DNA of 21,304 nt from a virus (taxonomy: Duplodnaviria; Heunggongvirae; Uroviricota; Caudoviricetes): the IMG/VR virus record IMGVR_UViG_2778261461_000001, positions 1-21,304 of that record; one strand, written 5' to 3'. Positions 18,937-21,304 of this stretch are shown piece by piece. Under the pieces are notes generated by a model that was not told where the DNA came from, did no database searches, and worked only from the letters and a program-made list of their open reading frames with translations. Each line of letters opens with the position of its first letter. Position 1 is the stretch's first letter. Both the position numbers and the translations under genes were made by a program.

Positions 18937-20370
18937 TTACAGCATGTTCCAGCCGATCAGCATATTCCACCACCACACGCCGAGGGTGATATGCACCAGG
19001 AAGGTTAATATCGTCAGTACCGCACCGACCAACCACCAGGATTTAATATCGTTATAACCCACGCCAAAGATGACCGGACCTGCCGCGCCGCCATAGTGAG
19101 TAACCATGCCGCCATAGGAGTTGGAGAACAACAGTGCCAGCGCGGTTAACATTAACGGTGCGCCGGAGACGTTCGCCAGCATGGCAAATACCGGTAACAT
19201 AGCAACGATATAGGCACTACCGGAAGCGAAGAAATAACGCACGATAATGCTGAGGAAAATAATAACGAAGAAAGCAACGTTACCGTGACCATCAAATGCC
19301 AGGTTATTTTTAAAGACTTCAGCTAACCATTCGAAGAATTTAACTTTCGATAATAAGGAGCTTAAGCCGATAATACCGCCGTACCAGATTAAGGTATTCC
19401 AGCCGCCTTTATTTTTAACCACGTCTTCCCAGGTAACGATACCCAGCAGCAGCATGGTTGCCATAACAACGATTGCCACGGTGGATTCATCAACCCCCAG
19501 AGACTTACTGAAAATCCAGCCCAGCAGCGCCAGCACAAAGACACCGAGCAGCATTTTTTCGCGGATTTTCATCGGTCCTAGTTCGGCAAGGCCCGCTTTA
19601 GCGATGGTTTTGTTATCCACCTTCTTAATTTCTGGTGGATACATGGTGTAAATCACCAGCGGGGTGACCAGCAGCATAATGATGCCCGGCAATCCGGCTG
19701 CCAGCGCCCATCCACCCCAGCTAATTTGCAGGTGCAGAATGTCGTTGATCATTTTCAGCGCCAGAATGTTCCCCGCCATTGCGGTAAAGAACATATAGCT
19801 GGTGGTTTTGGTGACCATGTAAATGGACATCATCAGGTAATGTCCGACACGACGCGGACTTTTTTCCGGTTCGGACCCCAAAGCCACCGCCACGCTGTTG
19901 ATGATCGGTAACACAATGCCGCCCGCACGCGCGGTGTTAGACGGTGTTGCCGGAGCCAGTACCAGATCGAGGAATACCGTAACGTAACCCAGACCCAGCG
20001 TGGTGTTACCGATTTTACCAATCAGCAGATAGGCAATACGTTTACCTAAACCGGTGGTCACAAATGCGGCGCTTAAGGTAAACGCCGAGAACACCAGCCA
20101 GGTGGTACCTGAAGAGTAACCGCTTAATACGGCGGTGGTTTTAAACGCACCGTCGGATAAGTTACCGACCACCACCATTGAGGCAGCAACGGCAATTAAC
20201 AGTACGACAGGTTCCGGGAAAGGCTTGATAACCAGCCCCACAATGGCCGCCAGGTAAATACCAAAAAGCACCCACGCCAGTTCGCTTAATCCTGCCGGAG
20301 CTGGCATAAAACCAATAATACATGGGATCGCTAATATCAGAATTAGCTTCCATAACGATTTCTTATTCAT
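18937..20370 (-). CDS. ybhI: YbhI DASS-family di/tricarboxylate transporter (477 aa)
   Basis: Multi-pass hydrophobic protein; sequence and position match E. coli ybhI. Confidence 0.85.
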   Translation of the reverse strand: MNKKSLWKLILILAIPCIIGFMPAPAGLSELAWVLFGIYLAAIVGLVIKPFPEPVVLLIAVAASMVVVGNLSDGAFKTTAVLSGYSSGTTWLVFSAFTLSAAFVTTGLGKRIAYLLIGKIGNTTLGLGYVTVFLDLVLAPATPSNTARAGGIVLPIINSVAVALGSEPEKSPRRVGHYLMMSIYMVTKTTSYMFFTAMAGNILALKMINDILHLQISWGGWALAAGLPGIIMLLVTPLVIYTMYPPEIKKVDNKTIAKAGLAELGPMKIREKMLLGVFVLALLGWIFSKSLGVDESTVAIVVMATMLLLGIVTWEDVVKNKGGWNTLIWYGGIIGLSSLLSKVKFFEWLAEVFKNNLAFDGHGNVAFFVIIFLSIIVRYFFASGSAYIVAMLPVFAMLANVSGAPLMLTALALLFSNSYGGMVTHYGGAAGPVIFGVGYNDIKSWWLVGAVLTILTFLVHITLGVWWWNMLIGWNML

Positions 20371-20445
20371 TTAAAATCCTGTTCTTTCTGTATGACTCAT
20401 ACAGAAGTCCTTTATTGATTGTCCTTATCCTGACAACGAATTTTT

Positions 20446-21227
20446 TCAGGGAAGATAAACTTCAACGGAAAATATTTTTCTGGTCGTCCGAATAACAGAT
20501 GCGCGTAACGTCGTGGCATCCTGACCTTCATTACTTAAATGAACGTCGAGCGCACCACTGGGGTGTTCAATATTGATATTGCCGTATCCTACAGAAGGGA
20601 CGATTTGTCGGGTGACGGTGCCTTCCAATGCACAACTACTGGAAATAGCAATAGCACCGGTTATCGCCAGCGCGCGATGGCAAGAATGCGGCATAAAATA
20701 ACGCACATTAATTGCCCCGCCTTTCTGCGCTGGAGAAATAAGCACAGGTTTAGGGATAACCATATTACTGACATCACCTAAGCCCATTGCTTTACCCGCT
20801 TGTAGACGGATAGATTCAATGCGGGCTAATAATGCTTTGTCGGCATCCAGTTCCGCCGGTAATTCATAACCTGTTTTTCCCAGATATTCAGCCGGAATAA
20901 TGACGACTGGCATCGCCATATCGATACAGGTCACCGGGACATCGTCAAAATAATCAATCTGATTATCAGTCGGGAAAACTTTTCCGGTTTTGGTTCCAGC
21001 GGCATTCAGGAAAGTGAGCGCAACCGGTGCGGCAGTACCCGGTACGCCGTCAATTCTGGCGCTACCCTCGTACTCGACAACACCATTTGGCGTTTGCACA
21101 TCAGCTTCGATGAACGTACCCGTATTGACGTTGCGGATACGTACGCGAGTAACTGGCGAAGTCGCTGCAATCAAACCATTTTCAATGGCGAATGCCCCAA
21201 CACCAGACAGCATATTGCCGCAGTTAG
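20446..21227 (-). pseudogene. ybhH: ybhH (PrpF-family isomerase) interrupted by IS5; only the 3' portion is present
   Basis: Reading frame continues upstream of the ORF-track Met (…PLIRTFPNCGNMLSGVGAF…) and is broken at 21227/21228 where the IS5 end begins. Confidence 0.8.
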
Positions 21228-21304
21228 GGAAGGTGCGAATAAGCGGGGAAATTCTTCTCGGCTGACTCAGTCATTTCATTTCTTCATGTTTGAGCCGATT
21301 TTTT
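21228..21304. mobile_element. IS5 terminal region (partial, runs off right edge)
   Basis: GGAAGGTGCGAATAAGCGGGGAAATTCTTCTCGGCTGACTCAGTCATTTCATTTCTTCATGTTTGAGCCGATTTTTT matches an IS5 end; preceded by TTAG (CTAA), the IS5 target motif. Confidence 0.8.

Overview
This 21.3 kb window looks like the E. coli chromosome at the lambda attachment site (ybhC side), occupied by a heavily rearranged, repressor-less lambda-like cryptic prophage. All identifications are from reading the translated ORFs and DNA motifs against remembered protein families; no database search was run. Reading right to left from the chromosome junction: attL core (about 14916-14930), lambda-type int and xis, then a deletion joint straight into a nin/late region (rusA, small ylcG-like ORF, Q antiterminator, an OmpC/NmpC-family porin on the opposite strand, phage-21-type pinholin and SAR endolysin, lambda-type Rz/Rz1, bor), an intact cos site, a Nu1 fragment fused to the 3' end of A, W, and a portal gene B truncated at about codon 270. 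Between truncated B and a fragment of tail gene J sits a roughly 4.4 kb foreign module that is the most interesting part of the window: a second, P4/PICI-style tyrosine integrase with direct repeats upstream, an AlpA-family regulator, a Bro-N domain protein, a ribbon-helix-helix regulator facing a palindromic operator, and a tightly coupled operon of five small proteins I cannot assign to any family. The J fragment is fused in frame to an H-NS/StpA-like C-terminal region ending at a strong terminator. The left edge is a partial IS10 and the right edge is an IS5 end interrupting ybhH. Chromosomal genes ybhC, ybhJ and ybhI, plus a tandem REP/BIME block, fill the right third.
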